DNA from: Pseudovirgaria hyperparasitica | Lineage: Eukaryota | Length of the DNA stretch: 64,000 nucleotides | Assembly: GCA_010093815.1 (NCBI GenBank) | Contig: ML996573.1 | Strand: one strand, 5' to 3' | Part shown: one piece after another, positions 49,399 through 63,259 of the stretch | Layout of the letters: each line of letters opens with the position of its first letter | How positions within the stretch are numbered: the stretch's first letter is position 1 | The notes under the pieces: generated by a model | The model's input: the letters and a program-made list of their open reading frames with translations, nothing else | Told to the model about the DNA's origin: nothing | The model's database searches: none | Made by a program: the position numbers and the translations under genes

Positions 49399-51739
49399 AT
49401 GTCGAACAACCCTCCGACTGCTATCTCTGCAACAAAGGCTGGTGGTAATAGCGTGCCGCAGCTCTCGCCTTTGCAGTCACAGCCCACTTCCTCTTCGACT
49501 GGTGACGGCGTTGGTCAAAGACGTAGCGGAGGTACTGGCAGTTTTGGAGCAGGTGCTTCGTCGCGATTGTCGCCGTCCCCACGAAACGCCCAGGCTACTC
49601 GGAAGCAACATAAGACCTCAAAGCGGTCTCGGCTCGTTGATGACGATGCCATCGTGCAATCTGTACGTCGAGAGCGATCTCGTAGTCTCATTGCAAGCGT
49701 ACTGATGTCTGGTAGGCCGCTATGCGCTCTACAAACAGTCGAAAGGGACAGACGTCCATTACCCATCTCATGAACTTCTCGCTTCCTCCTCGACCACAAT
49801 CACATCACTCATACGGCAGTCATCCACATGTACGACGCACCACGAGGTGGGGCCTGGGGTCTGGTTATCACGCGGTCGACAAAGCGAGGTATGTTTTGTA
49901 TTATGTTCTTTCGAGATAATGACTGACTGTCCGTCCCCAAGATATATACATGCCAATTACCGTTTCATTGTTGATCCTCGTGGCGATTACCATACACAGA
50001 GCATGGATGCTGACGTCCACCTTGATTGGAACAATGTATTACAAGTCCTGGCTTCAGCCCAATCCCAGGCAGCCTCATGCCCCATTTGCCTAGGAGTTCC
50101 GGTCGCTCCCCGAATGGCCAAATGTGGCCACATCTTCTGTCTTCCTTGTCTTCTCCGCTACATGCATTCCGAGGATGGCACTCCCGCGGCCGAGAAAAGA
50201 GCAAGGTGGAAAAAGTGTCCTATATGTGAAGACAGCATCTACGTTAACGAAACACGTCCGGTGCGATGGTACTATGGCCAAGAAGCCGGTCATCTCCAAG
50301 AGGGGAGTGATGTGGTACTCCGCCTAGTCACGCGTGCCACTGGCAGTACACTGGCTCTGCCGCGCGATGGTGCAGACGCCCTTGGGAAAGACGAGGACGT
50401 TCCATGGTACGTGGCCGCTGAAGTTATGGACTACGCCAGAATAATCAAAGGTAGCGAATCCTACATCAGTTCACAGTATGACAGTGACATACAAGAGCTG
50501 GAGAAGCAGGAAAAAGAAGATGAAGTGATGTTTGGCGAGGACAATGTTGAGTGGATGCGGAAAGCCATTCGCATGCTACGGGAATCGAAGGAAAAGCATG
50601 AGGGTATTGGCAATCCTCCAAATTTAGCGAAGCCGGCCGAGCCCAAGTCGAGGAAGCCACCTATCGTATATCATCAATCTGAAGGGCCTGAGATGTATCA
50701 CCTTCAGACATCCGAAACTCGCGGTCAGACCTCAGCGGAGCAAACAGCGGCAACAGAGGCAAAATCGATAATATCGACGGATGCCAGTCCAGACTCGGAC
50801 TCCACTCCGACAGGCCCAAAAGCATTGAATATTCATCCTTCAGCCAAGCCGAGCAACATATCTCGCCTCCACCAACAGCACAGTTCCAACCAAACACCTT
50901 CTGAATACTTCTTCTACCATGCCCTCTTACATTACTACCTATCACCTCTTGATATTCGAATCCTCAAGTCGGCGTTTGGGTCGTTTTCTTCCTTCCCCTC
51001 CACAATCCTTCCCCGAATAGAGCACATATCAACTGGTCACGTTGTTGACGATGAATTGCGGAAACGAACCAAGTATCTGGCCCATATACCATACGGCTGC
51101 GAAGTTGCCTTTCTCGAATGCGATTGGACTGATACAGTCAGTCCAGAGGTACTAGAGAAATTCAAGCCTGAGATTGAGCGCCGTCGTAAGAAGAATCAAG
51201 AAAAGGTCAACAGAGAAGAGAAGTCGCGTATCAAGGCGGAGCGAGACGAAACAGATCGCTACCGTCGTACGAAGCGACCGAGCTTCTCTAACAACCAATT
51301 TTCTGTTGATGACTTTGCACCACTGGTGTCTGCATCCCCAGGTGGCACCATATTGTCTGATGATGCAGAGGCTCACATGGATTCAGCCTCTACATCGCCG
51401 CCATGGCCCAACCGCCGCAATCAAGGTCAAGGATCCTCGTTTGCATCACTTGCATCACCCTCAACAAGTCCGTCTACAAGCCGAACAGTCTGGGGCACAG
51501 CAGCGATAGCCCCAAAATCACCGGTACTTTACTCACGTGCAGAAGGCGAACATGACGATGGGTGGCTGCAGGATTGGGAGCGAGACTTGCTTGATAACGA
51601 TGACTTGACCGCACAAGTACAGGCTCTGAGCATGGCAGGAGATGGTGCAAGTCAAAGAACAGGCAACGGAGGTATGGGAAAGAAGGGTAAGAAGAAGAAG
51701 ATCACACTGATGAGTACGAATGTGAGGAGAGGTGCGTAG
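49399..51739 (+). CDS. MAG2: RING E3 ligase Mag2/RNF10-like; 2 introns (~49663-49716, ~49889-49941)
   Basis: HLMNFSLPPR, DKARYIHANYRF, C3HC4 RING CPICL..KCGHIFCLPC..WKKCPIC, LRKRTKYLAHIP..FLECD and C-terminal KKGKKKKITLMST. Confidence 0.88.
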
Positions 51740-52198
51740 GATCGAAGTGTACGGACGAGCAGGCTGAGATGAGCGATTGAGCCACCAGCATAGAGAGACG
51801 AGAAGACATTGTGCATTTTCAGCGAGCCCTGAATTTAGTTACGGATAGCGTTGTTTATAGCCTGCGACCATATATATTTGAGGTTTTCCAATCCAGTGCT
51901 CCTATTCGCCAGACGTATGACCATTTGCATCCCGATCGGGAAAGTAGGGCCAGAAGAGGGAAGCACGGACCGTTCCGAGGCAATTACCCCAGGGACACGA
52001 AATTTGGGCAGGTCAACACCATCATCTCTACTCACATCGTGCATCCTCACCACAATTGGGCTTGCGTCTTTCGCTGCAGCCGCCGTTCTTGCTCATTCAG
52101 TTGCATGCGATGCTTTGATTGCGAACTTTGTATTATTGAGACCCATTTTCATCTGTAGTTTTGCGAGGATACTCAACCCCTGAGGCGAGAGGAAAAAG

Positions 52199-53907
52199 AT
52201 GTCGCAACGCGTTACTCGCTCCCAAACGGGGGCAACACCCAGGTACGTGTCCAGCTATTGGTCTGTGAGCCTGACTATTGCTGACATGGTATCGAATAGG
52301 AAATCACTCGCTCCTGGGTTCGTTGAAACCCCTGGTCGACAGCGCAAGCCGCGCCGATCTGGTGATGGCGACAACTCGGACTCAGATAGCAGCGCACTTA
52401 CGCGGTCGGTCGAACTCGAGCCAAAGCCTCAGAATGGAACGGCTAATGGTCATGCGAAATCGAACGGAACGGCCAATGGTCATGCGAAGCCAAGCAAAGA
52501 GCCCATGACTGGCGACCTCACACTATATAAGCATGAAGAGTTCGAGTTTGGAGGTCCGTATGGTCCACTTGGTATCATGATTGGATTCCCGGTCCTCATG
52601 TACTATATGTGGATTGGGGCAACGTACTACGACGGTGGTTTCCCAAGACCTTTGGCAGGACAGACCTACGTCGAGTTCTTCCAGCATATGGGCCACCTGA
52701 TCTACAAAGGTGCATTTCCACACGCAAAGGCGTGGGCAATCTACTGGGTATTCTTCCTGGTGGAGTGCGTCTTCTATGTCATCATGCCTGGTATCTGGAC
52801 CAAGGGCAAGAGACTGCCTCACTTGGGTAACGAGCCTCTCGATTACTACTGCTCTGGGCCATGGTCATGGTGGGCAACGCAGATTATTGCGGTTGGCCTC
52901 CATTTCTCTGGTCTCTTCCCGCTTTACACTCTGATCGACGAGTTTGGTCCTCTTATGTCGGTTGCAATTCTTTCTGGTATCGGTGTATCGTTTATTGCCT
53001 ACTGGTCTGCTCTATGGCGTGGTGCGCAAACTCGTATGTCGGGATACTTCATCTACGACTTCTTCATGGGGGCCGAGTTGAACCCGCGCATAAGCGTGAT
53101 TGACTTCAAGATGTTCTTCGAAGTGCGCATCCCCTGGTACATCCTATTCTTGACGACTGCAGGTGTCATAGCTCGGCAGTATGAGGACTATGGATACGTT
53201 TCTGGTGAAGCGTGGTTCTTGCTTCTTGCGCATTGGCTCTACGCAAATGCATGCTCCAAGGGCGAAGAGCTTATTGTCACGTCTTGGGACATGTACTTTG
53301 AGAAATGGGGCTTTATGCTGATTTTCTGGAATCTTGCTGGTGTACCACTCAGCTACTGCCACTCGTCCATCTACCTTGCCAACCACCCTCCTTCGCAGGT
53401 TGCGTGGAGCAAGCCGGCGCTGGTGATTTTCTTTGCCACGTATCTGTTCGCCTACTGGGTCTGGGACACGACAAACTCGCAGAAGAACATGTTCCGGTGT
53501 GAGGAACGTGGCGGGGCTCCCCAGCGCAAGGCTTTCCCTCAACTGCCGTACAAGTCGATCAAGAACCCGGTGACGATCAAGACCAAGACTGGGGATTCGA
53601 TTTTGTGTGACGGATGGTATGGCAAGGCGCGGAAGATTCACTATACGTGCGACTTGTACTTTGCAATCACATGGGGATTGATCACCGGGTTCAACAGTCC
53701 GTTTCCGTGGTTCTACAGTGTCTTCTTTGCGGGGATGATCATACATCGTGCGTGGAGAGACATTGTTCGCTGCAGAGAGAAGTATGGCGAGGCATGGCTG
53801 GAGTATGAGAGAAGGGTTCCGTACTTGTTCATCCCGGTGAGTAGCATGAACAGCCGAAGACAACCAATAGAAGGACCAAGCTAACGAAGTTCTAGTACGT
53901 TATTTAA
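52199..53907 (+). CDS. ERG4: Delta24(24(1))-sterol reductase (ERG4/ERG24 family); introns 52243-52299 and 53837-53895
   Basis: [62 protein letters not shown] and VPYLFIPYVI. Confidence 0.92.
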
Positions 53908-55205
53908 GAGAAGTAGGACATGAGCTGGTCTGCGAACTAGCTGTGCCTGTAGCTTGACGGTGAAGCATGAGTAATTAATGGTATGTTGAGAATGCATCGC
54001 TACTGGTCTTGACGGTCGGGTTGAAATGTTCAATTCCTGTACCATAATATTGTTACGAAGGTTAATTGTAAAGTACATAATGGGCTCCCCGGCCACTGTA
54101 TTGTCGGGAACCGCAAGTATTGTATAAATTACTCGTTATCATCACAGGTTGCTCTCATCGCGAACTTTGGGTATCAACATAGTGCACGGTCTTGAGTGGT
54201 AGCGCCATTGTCTTGAACTAGTATGACGAGGCGAGATGTGGAAGCTAGCTGTGTAGGACGGTGTTGAAGGCAGTCTGGAGTTGGAGACGGAGATGTTATG
54301 AATGTTGATCCCATCCCAATCCTCATTCCCCAGAATAATAGATCCCCACGTCCGCCTCCGCCTTCACCTCCACCCCCAACACACGCCACACTGCCGAGCT
54401 TTCTTGGACATGCCCAACAAAACAACCAATCAGATCGGTCGGCAGACGCACTCGGTCGGCACGGCGCGTGCTAGAGGTGCAACCCAACCAGCTGCTCGGG
54501 ACTCGTCTGTATCTTCTATCTACAAACCACAGCAGGCGTCTTTGTCGGAGAGTCTTGGCTACTCCTGGCTCGTGTTGGTTGGCGACGACAACGACGACGC
54601 GAGTGGTGGCTAATGTCTCGACATGCATCTATAGCCTATATATCGTCGACGTTTGCGTATCGAGCGGCGGCGGCGGCATGGCATCTCATGAATGAAGCCA
54701 GCCTATGTATGTATCAGTTATCTACTTGAAGACCTGTACTCGTCACGTCAGATAATTACTCCTTCATTTCCATCCCCAGCTTTGCCTCTGTAGTTCACGG
54801 TTCGCATTGCACGCAGCACACCTTTCCATAATAAGGACACCCTGCATTTGTCGCCAGTGCCACTCTTTGAGCCTGTGTCCTTGGCCCTGCTCTCACTTGC
54901 ATATTCAGCCTGACGCCTCTTCTGATAAGAGAGACGCTGCCAACACGGCGTTCTAGGCCAGACCTCGCGTCAGACCTTCCTGTTGTCCCTTCCAGCACTA
55001 TACTTGTCAATTAATGCACGCCGCATATTGATATAGATTATACCTCCCAGCACCCAACCGCTACATTCCACGAGCTCCGACTCGACTGCAGCGACCCACT
55101 CCGGAACAATACCAGACTTTGTGCTCGGGAGAGCCTATTTCGACTCCGCCTTGCTAATCCACCCTTGAAAGGCGGAGGACCCCGCAACGCCCACTTGCGG
55201 GCAGA

Positions 55206-57314
55206 ATGCTGTCGTCTGCCAAGGGCGGAAACGCCGCCTATGCGAATGTCCAGGGCGTTTATTCTCATGTCTACGACCCGAATGAGCGCCGTCGGCTTGC
55301 CCTTGCTGAGGTTGACAGAGCGCGGTTTAGCTGGTATCATGCGAGGCTGGTGGTGGTGACTGGGGTGGGGTTCTTTACGGATGCTTACAGTGTATGTCTA
55401 CGTACTCGAGAGAGAGCGGATGGACGGCAGGACGGATTACTGATTTGTGGTCGCAGCTGTTTGCTATCAACGTGACCATCGTCATGCTTGGTATGGCCTT
55501 CTGGCACGATTCGAACGCCGGTGTTATTCCTCATGGCGCAGATACCGCTATCAAGGTCGCTACCTCGGTCGGCACGATATTTGGCCAAGTGTGCTCCCTC
55601 GATCCTATCTGACAGACATAAGACTGCTCGCTGACACTTGTAGGTTGTCTTTGGATATCTCGCCGACGTGCTGGGCCGAAAGCGAATGTACGGCGTGGAG
55701 CTTGTTATCATCATCACTGCAACACTCGGCCAATCACTTTGCGCCCCCTCGAAAGCAATCAGCTTCGTCGGCATCATGGTGTTCTGGAGAGTGCTCATGG
55801 GCGTTGGGGTTGGCGGAGACTACCCCATGTCGGGAGTGATAACGGTATGAGACGATGGGGTTGGCTTGGACGAACAAGTTACTAACTCTATCGCAGGCTG
55901 AGTTTGCCTCGACGAAATGGAGAGGTGCGATGATCGGAGCGGTGTTTGCCATGCAAGGGCTGGGCCAGTTTGCCGCCGCCCTTGTTGCCCTTATCGTCAC
56001 TGTCGCATACAAGGATACCCTACAAGCGGCAGACACCCCCGGGAACTGTACCGGAGACTGTCTCGTGGCCATCGACACGATGTGGCGCATCATCATCGGC
56101 TTCGGAGGTATCCCCGGCTGGTTCGCTCTATACTGTAAAGTTCCCCCCCTTTTCCCCCTTTTATGCGACCTGATGCCCTCCCAACACACGATGTATTAAC
56201 ACCCACCTCACCAGACCGCCTCACCATCCCCGAGACCCCCCGCTACACCTTCGACGTCCTCCAAGACGTCGAACGCGCCACCGCCGACGCCTCACACTAC
56301 ACCTCCGGCAAACTCGGCCAGGCACGCCTAAACGACATCCACCACGCAACCACCCGCGCGGAAATGCGCAAATACCGCCGCCCACGACCCTCCCTCAAAG
56401 AAGCCCTCTCCTTCTTCTCCCGCCGCCGCAACGCCCTCCACCTCCTCGGCACCGCCGGCTCCTGGTTCTTCCTCGACATCGCCTTCTTCGGCCTCGGCCT
56501 CAACTCCGGCAGCGTGCTCTCCGCCATCGGCTACGGCGGCGCCGCAAACCCAGACCCCGATTCCACCCTCTACCACCACCTCCACTCCACCGCCACCGGC
56601 CAGCTCATCCTCATCTGCGCCGGCGCAATCCCAGGCTACTGGCTCACCGTCGCCCTCATCGACACCCTCGGCCGCCGCCCCATCCAGCTCGCCGGCTTCG
56701 CAATCCTCACCCTCCTCTTCGCCACCATCGGCTTCCTCCTCGACCGCCTCTCCACCTCCGCCCTGCTCGCCCTCTACATCCTCGCCCACTTCTTCTTCAA
56801 CTTCGGGCCCAACGCTACCACCTTCATCGTGCCCGCGGAGCTCTACCCGACGCGTCTACGCGCTACTGCGCATGGTGTGTCGGCGGCAGCAGGGAAGCTG
56901 GGTGCTGTGATTGCGCAGGTGGCGTTTGCGCCGCTGGTTGGTCGGGGCGCGGTGCCCGGTGGGGATCCGCATCCGTGTCTGGGCACGGTCATGCAGGTTT
57001 TTGCGCTGTTTATGTTTTGTGGGCTGGTGGTTTCGTTGTTGGTGCCTGAGACGAAGAGGAGGTCGTTGGAGGGGATTGCGGGGGAGCGGGAGGGGGAGCG
57101 GGAGGGGGAGCGGGAGGGGGAGCGGGAGGGGGAGNNNNNNNNNNNGAGAGGGAGGGAAATGGTGCGGAGGTGTATCAGTTGGCGTTTCGGGAGAGGTTTT
57201 GGATGGGTGGTGGTGGGTCGAGGGCCGGGGGTGGTTCTGGGAGGACGAGTGGAGGGAGTGAGAGGGGGCGGGGGAGGTTTTGGTAGGTTTGGGGGTGTGT
57301 TGATCTTGGGGTGA
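55206..57314 (+). CDS. PHO84: High-affinity phosphate:H+ symporter; about 4 introns; 3' end crosses an N-gap, so the stop is uncertain
   Basis: GGNAAY..DPNERRRLAL, GVGFFTDAY, LGRKRMYGVEL, GGDYPMS, WRGAMIGAVFAMQG, PETPRY, SWFFLDIAF, FFNFGPNATTFIVPAE and GVSAAAGKLG. Confidence 0.92.
57081..57145. repeat. 12-bp tandem repeat (GGGGAGCGGGAG)x4+ running into an 11-N assembly gap
   Basis: Directly visible; encodes GERE repeats; N at 57135-57145. Confidence 0.9.
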
Positions 57315-57872
57315 AGGGAGGGTGGAGGGGAGGGGTTTAATTAATGATAATAAAGCGATGCAGATTTAGCCTCGCGACTAATGATATGATAACACACATC
57401 ACACACCTTCCGAGGAGGGTACTTAATACTCAGTATCATAATTATCTTAAGCAAGAGACGTTAGGATAAGACTTGAGATGACACCCAAGATAAAGACAAA
57501 GACTGAACATATACTATACTATAAACTACAAGCGACAAGCCATATCGAGAGGACTAGGAGCGTCTCACACAGTATTCGAACCTCATGTTCTGGCTGCTCT
57601 ATATCTATGTTCGAGTCCGGAGTGGAAAAATGGCTAGCCATGCATTGCCAAAACAGGGGAGAGACACAACAGATATCAAAGCAGCACTCATCAAAGTCAT
57701 GACTGATCATTACCAATACCTAACCCAAGTCTCCATACCCATTCCATCGAGAAATCGTCCCATCCCAGCGCTCTCCAAGTCCAGATCACAACTTGCCGCG
57801 ACAACCTTCAAAGCTATTAGCCCACATCAACCCCCTCCCATTCCTGAACATTATCAATGAACAAACCCCCAC

Positions 57873-60081
57873 TTATCCCATCACAGTCTCCCAACCCTTC
57901 TCACACATAACATCCAACCAAAAAACATCCCTAACCCCGGCGTCTCCCCTCCTCCACACCTCCCTACACGCCTCCAACATAACCCTCATCGGCTTCGCCG
58001 GCAATTTCTTGGCAAAAAGCTCAAACTTGCCCTCCACAAACAGCCGTGCCCGGGTGACGGCGACATCCGCACGGAAGGAGCCCTCATCGAAAAAGTCCAG
58101 CTCACACATACGTCGCAGCTCCGCGGCCGCGGTGAGCAGCAGAATCGGCTGGATGCAGATCGTGCCCGAATCGCTGGGGATGCGGCCGAGGAGCGAGAGA
58201 ATGTGCAGGGCGAGGGAGTTGAGGAAGGCGGTAGCGTTGCGTGATGAAGACGAGTTCGCAAAGACGAATGTGTTCGTCCAAGACGGGACTGGGGCGCCGA
58301 GACGGGTGCGCAGGAGAGCTGGAAAGACGCGGTAGAGTTGTAGGAGGCCGGCGTAGCGGTATGCGTCCGCGACGGCGATGAAATGGGCCTTGTCGGTTCG
58401 CGGGTCGTGGATGTCGTTGATCTCAGATTCCGAGGGAATGGAGGCGGATAGCAGGGCTTCTTCGAGGTCAGATGCGACGGCGGCGGTCGTAGTCGTGCTG
58501 TAGGGATCGATATCGAGCAAAGGGTCGATGGGAAACTCCACGTAGGGATTGGAATGAGCGAGGATAGAGGAGTCCGAAGTGAAGGAGAAGTCCTCCAAAG
58601 GGTCGATGGAGAAGGAGTTGCTGTGGATTGCACTTTGGCGTTCGCGGCGGATGAGACGGCCCACTTCTGCAAAGAGCATCTGCACATGTGGTGCGATGCC
58701 TGTCCATGGATGAGGTGTGATCTTTCCGTCAGCACCCCTGAAGTCGGGCTGTGGTCGGTTTCCAGGTCGCGTCAGTGGTGCGTTAGAGGGCGTGACGAAG
58801 CCCATCAACATCTCCCAATAGATCAGGGACTCTTCATAGAACTGAGCGTCATGCGCTACCCCGTCCTCGACGGCGGGAGCGACCTCCAGTAGTTTGGGCA
58901 TGATTAATTTGCGTGCCGCTTGGAGATAGTACTCGCCGAGATCGTTCGATTTATGCCAGGCTGTCGTGAGTCCGAGCAAAAGAATAGCCAACATAGTCCT
59001 ACCACTGGCTGCAACGTTGTGCTTTGCCAACTCGAGTTCATGGTTCAGCATACTGTATGCCTTCTTCTGTAGCTCAACTCCCTTGGCCTCAAAGGAGGGA
59101 CTGTGGTTGGCTAGCTGAGCAGCAGCCATGGATTGGATTGCATAATAAATCGACGGAGTAGTAGTCCAAACATCTTTGACCGCGTTGCGGAACGGATTTA
59201 GGTCTGAATCAAAAGAAGAATAGATATTGCAAACATTGAAGAAGTAATAGTTGACCAAATAAGAGCTATCGTCAATGTACCCAACAGACGGCAAAGACGA
59301 CTCAAGTCGATAGAAAGCACGAAGAAGACTACGGGCTTGACTTTGTCGACACAAGTCCTGCTCACGCTGTCTTGTAAGTTCTGCAACCTCAGCTACTGCT
59401 TGAACTCCCAGAAAGTCGCCTGGCGAAAAGGACCGATCCTCGTCTGTGATGTACGAAAACTCGGCTATAGCTCCAGGTTGCGAGTCGAAGAACATGTCCA
59501 CTCCTGTCATAGACGCATCATCTACACTAGGTGAAGAGAAATCCACAGCAGCTCCTGCTTCCGGTGTTATGATACCATCAACAGGGACCGAGTCATTCTG
59601 TCCGCCCTTAGTGCTTGCAACACTGGACTTTTGGCGCTTCGTTTTCTTTTCGTGTGACTTTCCCTCCCCCGACAAAGTGTCCGAATCCGGCGAAGGATAA
59701 TGATCTGCTCCAGTGGTCGAAGCAGGTTCTTCGATACTAGGATTAACAGGGGTTGCGCCTATGGCGACGTTTTGAAATGCAACAAACTCCTGGGTAAGAT
59801 CCAGTTCCTCAGGCTTGAAAACCTCATATTTAGTCGACCACTTCAAGCATTTCTTGTATCCTGGACATGGAACCTGTCGGTTGACACAGTTCTGACACGC
59901 CGGCTTCTCCTCGCCGCATTTGAGCTATCAGGGTATCAGAATTTGTAGCTAAGTTTTGGCCATGTCGATTTGAGCGCACCCTTTTGAGCTTGCAGCGCTG
60001 GCAGCCATTGCGAGACTTTGTCTTTTTCTGAGAATCACAGGAAGATTTCGAAATCCCTTGTCCCTGGCCTTTATTTGGCAT
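57873..60081 (-). CDS. Zn2Cys6 transcription factor with a Fungal_trans_2-type C-terminal domain; 1 intron inside the Zn cluster
   Basis: Spliced KSRNGCQRCKLKR|LKCGEEKPACQNCVNRQVPCPGY; LVNYYFFNVC..FDSDLNPFR, PHPWTG and AGLLQLYRVFP. Confidence 0.9.
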
Positions 60082-60844
60082 ATGGAGCAACGAATACAGT
60101 GGAGGACGTCAAATTCGACAAAGCCTTGGGATCATGAGGAGGAGCCCAACCATAAGTGGGGAAGATCATAAGAGAAGACTTAAGACGTGTTGGCTGCATC
60201 TATGGGATATTAAGCATGAATTTGCCATCTTGTGACGAACCAAGTGCCGTGCTTTTCCGTTGCGAGGTCGGACATATTGATAACAGCAGCGATCCGATTC
60301 GCCTGAGTAAGTCTGGTCTCCAGCCAACGTATTCAAAGGTGATTGTTGGAGATGACAATCGTGGCGGTTCGTGGTTCCCAGCCAAGTCGTGCGATTTATT
60401 GCTGCTGTGCAGTAGTTGTAGAGGGGACCGTTGCATTGCTTATCTGTTGTGGGGTAACAACAGTCCTTCCACCACTTCCACGACATCCGCCATTCCGCCT
60501 TAGGCAAAAAAGTCCGTAACCTCCTCACTAACTCACGATGCTGCCAAATCATACTGCTCGTTGCAGCCTCATCATCTGCAGCTTGGTATAAGAAGCGACG
60601 ACAATCCAACGAACGCCTGCAAATCGTTGGTGGTAACAGTCATCTCATTCGTTTACGCAGCCGTAGTATCCGCCCATCCTACCGGCCCAACCCCCCAAAC
60701 TCCGCAACATCTTGACTCTTGGTATCACTGATAAAGACCCTCGATGACGCCCCCCCTTCAACGCCACCAATACCCAAGACTTCAAACGCCGAACCTTAAG
60801 ATAGCATGATAGACAAGAAGCACGAGATAAACTCGGCATCTGCT

Positions 60845-61796
60845 TCATGTACACCCTTCGATCTCCAGCATTTCCATGAGGCCCTTCTCTGCCGCGCGAA
60901 ACCATCGTCCTTTCTCTTCAAGCTCGTCTCCCATACCCTTTTCGCCCTCTTCCCGCCTCCTCCTTGCCTCTTTCGCGGCTGATATGACTCCTTGCTTTTG
61001 TGTCTCAAGGGGTTGTAGCTCTCTCTCCAGCCGCTCTAGGTCGCGCGCTTTGCGCTGGACACTCGGTTCAAGAGCAGCCAGCTGCGCGTTGATTGATGCG
61101 AGTTCCGCTTCTCGTTGTGATAGTAGAGCCTGTGTTTCAGGAAGTGGAAGTGACAACTCTGGATTCGTTGGGTGCGGCGCTTGCGAGTCGCGGAGAGCTT
61201 CTATACTTTGCTCCAACGCGGCGATCTCGGTAGGGAGCATCTGTAGCTCAGCTGTCCTCAATTGGATCGAATCATATCCTGTTGCACCATTCGTCAGCGT
61301 CGAAACGTGAAATCAGCCTAGATATCATGCGTACGTTCACTCAAGAGACGCGCCTGCTTCTCAAGCTCTTCGATGAATGATGCTACCTCGAGCTTCTGAG
61401 ACTTCAGGGACGATTTGGCCTCCGCGAGCTGAGCTTCTAACTCCACATTCTGTTGGTGTTCTATGAAGGGCGGATCGGAGTCTGTGATAGCTTGTAAGAA
61501 CTTCTCCTTGGTCATTTGCTCCACGTAAGAGAAGCGTAGTTTCGAGAACAGCTCCTACGTCTTGTATTTAGATTCTGATTGCTTCAAGTCATTATCTACC
61601 GTACCTTGTAGTGTGTCAGGTCTGCTTCTAGGCTGGCTGGCGTGGGACTGTCTCTTGGGGTTTCAGAAACGCCAGAGTCGCGCTTTTCTGCTTCATCTGG
61701 GGCGCGGAGGGACTCATTAAGCTCGATTATCTTGAGTGTTTGTGCCTTTTGCAAGATCTGAAGCTTGCGCAGCGTATCATGGGCATTCTGCGACAT
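60845..61796 (-). CDS. sos7: Kinetochore protein Sos7 (Kre28/Zwint-like); 2 introns
   Basis: Spliced TPASLEADLTHYK|ELFSKLRFSYVEQMTKEKFLQAI..NVELEAQLAEAKSSLK followed by a coiled coil. Confidence 0.8.
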
Positions 61797-62055
61797 AGTA
61801 TGTTTGTATGGCACGTCGACGTGAATGCTGGTGATCTCTTTGCGAGTGTTTGTCAACAATAATAGTGGAGCCTACCGCTAAGGACGCGCCCGCACTAGCA
61901 AGCGCATTGACCCACGTCACTCCATGGATGCACATTCTTTCCCATTGCCCTGCATGGCTGGAGTGTTCGTGTCCTGTCTCATCAAGGATTTCGATCGCAT
62001 GCACTTTTCTTAATGTCATGATTGGCCGACCCGGCTGTCGATTAGGAGGCAAAGG

Positions 62056-63259
62056 ATGCCTGCGGATGAACTGGACGACGACACTGTTGCGAATTTACTG
62101 AAAGAAGACGCGAAGACTGCGGGCGCAAGTTTCGGCTTCCTCTCGAGCAGGTAGATACGCGTAACATAGATATAGGTGTTCTTATTGCTAATGCCATAGC
62201 AGGCCAAGCTCGCAAGCGCCCAAGCCTAACACGAGATTTCTCAGAAATATCATCCGCGAAACAAATACCCACAATGCGGCCTTGCTGGCAAGAGAGGCCG
62301 AGGAGTCTAGGGCCAGGTTGAAAAGGCTTCGTAAAGATCCACATCCAAGAATCAGCGGGCGTAAAATAGAGGACGTCGCATCACGCGACCACCAGTCTAC
62401 CAAACGTAGGCGACACGAAAGTCCAGATGTGAAGGATGTTCGGTCCGACGCTCATAGACATGGAAGCAGTAGTCACAAGCGCAGCAGACGAGATGACAGG
62501 GAAGGAAATGACGGATTTAGAGGTCGCGATAGTCGTCGAGAGAGAAACGAGCCTTCGGACGACCGGCGAGGACATCGATCACAGCGCACCCATCGACGTG
62601 ATCGTACAGATAAAACTGCTTCAGACAGACATAGAGATGAAAAGTACGCCTCTTCAAGTCACGATCACAACAAGTCTCGTCGAAGGAGGTCCCACAGCAA
62701 AGAACGCTCACGGACCCGGTCCCCTCGGCGCCGAAAACGACATCAGAGTCGAAGCCGAAGTCGGACACGTTCACAATCACCTAGTGCATCTCATCATCCC
62801 CGGATAAGCCGAAAGAAGGGACAGTTGCCAACGGAACCGGACTCCGACTCGGATCCACTAGAGGCCATCGTTGGCCCGATGCCAGTATCCGAACCTACTA
62901 TAAAATCGAAGGGCCGCGGCGCTTACAAGAACTCCTCGGCAATGGATACTCATTTCTCAAAGAGCTACGATCCATCCGCTGACGTGCACATCAATTCTGA
63001 TTTGGAGGACGACTGGGACATGGCTTTGGAAGCGCTACGCGATCGGCAAAGATGGCATCAACAGGGTGCTGAGCGCCTGCGATCTGCGGGTTTCACCGAA
63101 GACGAAATCAGGAAGTGGGAGAAGGGTGGTGAGAAGACCGAGGACGATGTACGGTGGGCCAAGAAGGGCGAAGGCAGAGAGTGGGACAGAGGGAAAGTTG
63201 TAGATGATGCAGGTGACATCAATGTTAAGGTTGAATGGGGTAGATTAAAAGGTACTTAG
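62056..63259 (+). CDS. Arg/Ser/Asp-rich nuclear protein (possible splicing-associated factor); 1 intron (~62151-62199)
   Basis: MPADELDDDTVANLLKEDA..KPNTRFLRNIIRETNTHNAALL, RS repeats, DDWDMALEALRDR and GEGREWDRGKVV. Confidence 0.75.

Noticed and set aside
49212..49448. Overlapping uORF across the MAG2 start
   Set aside because: The TSS is unknown and these ATGs probably lie in the promoter; cannot be supported.
52243..52299. In-frame, stop-free ERG4 intron (also the last HOM2 intron) as retained isoforms
   Set aside because: Canonical splice signals; short 3n stop-free introns arise often by chance.
54100..55205. PHO box (CACGTG) upstream of PHO84
   Set aside because: I found only imperfect CACGTC or CACGC variants.
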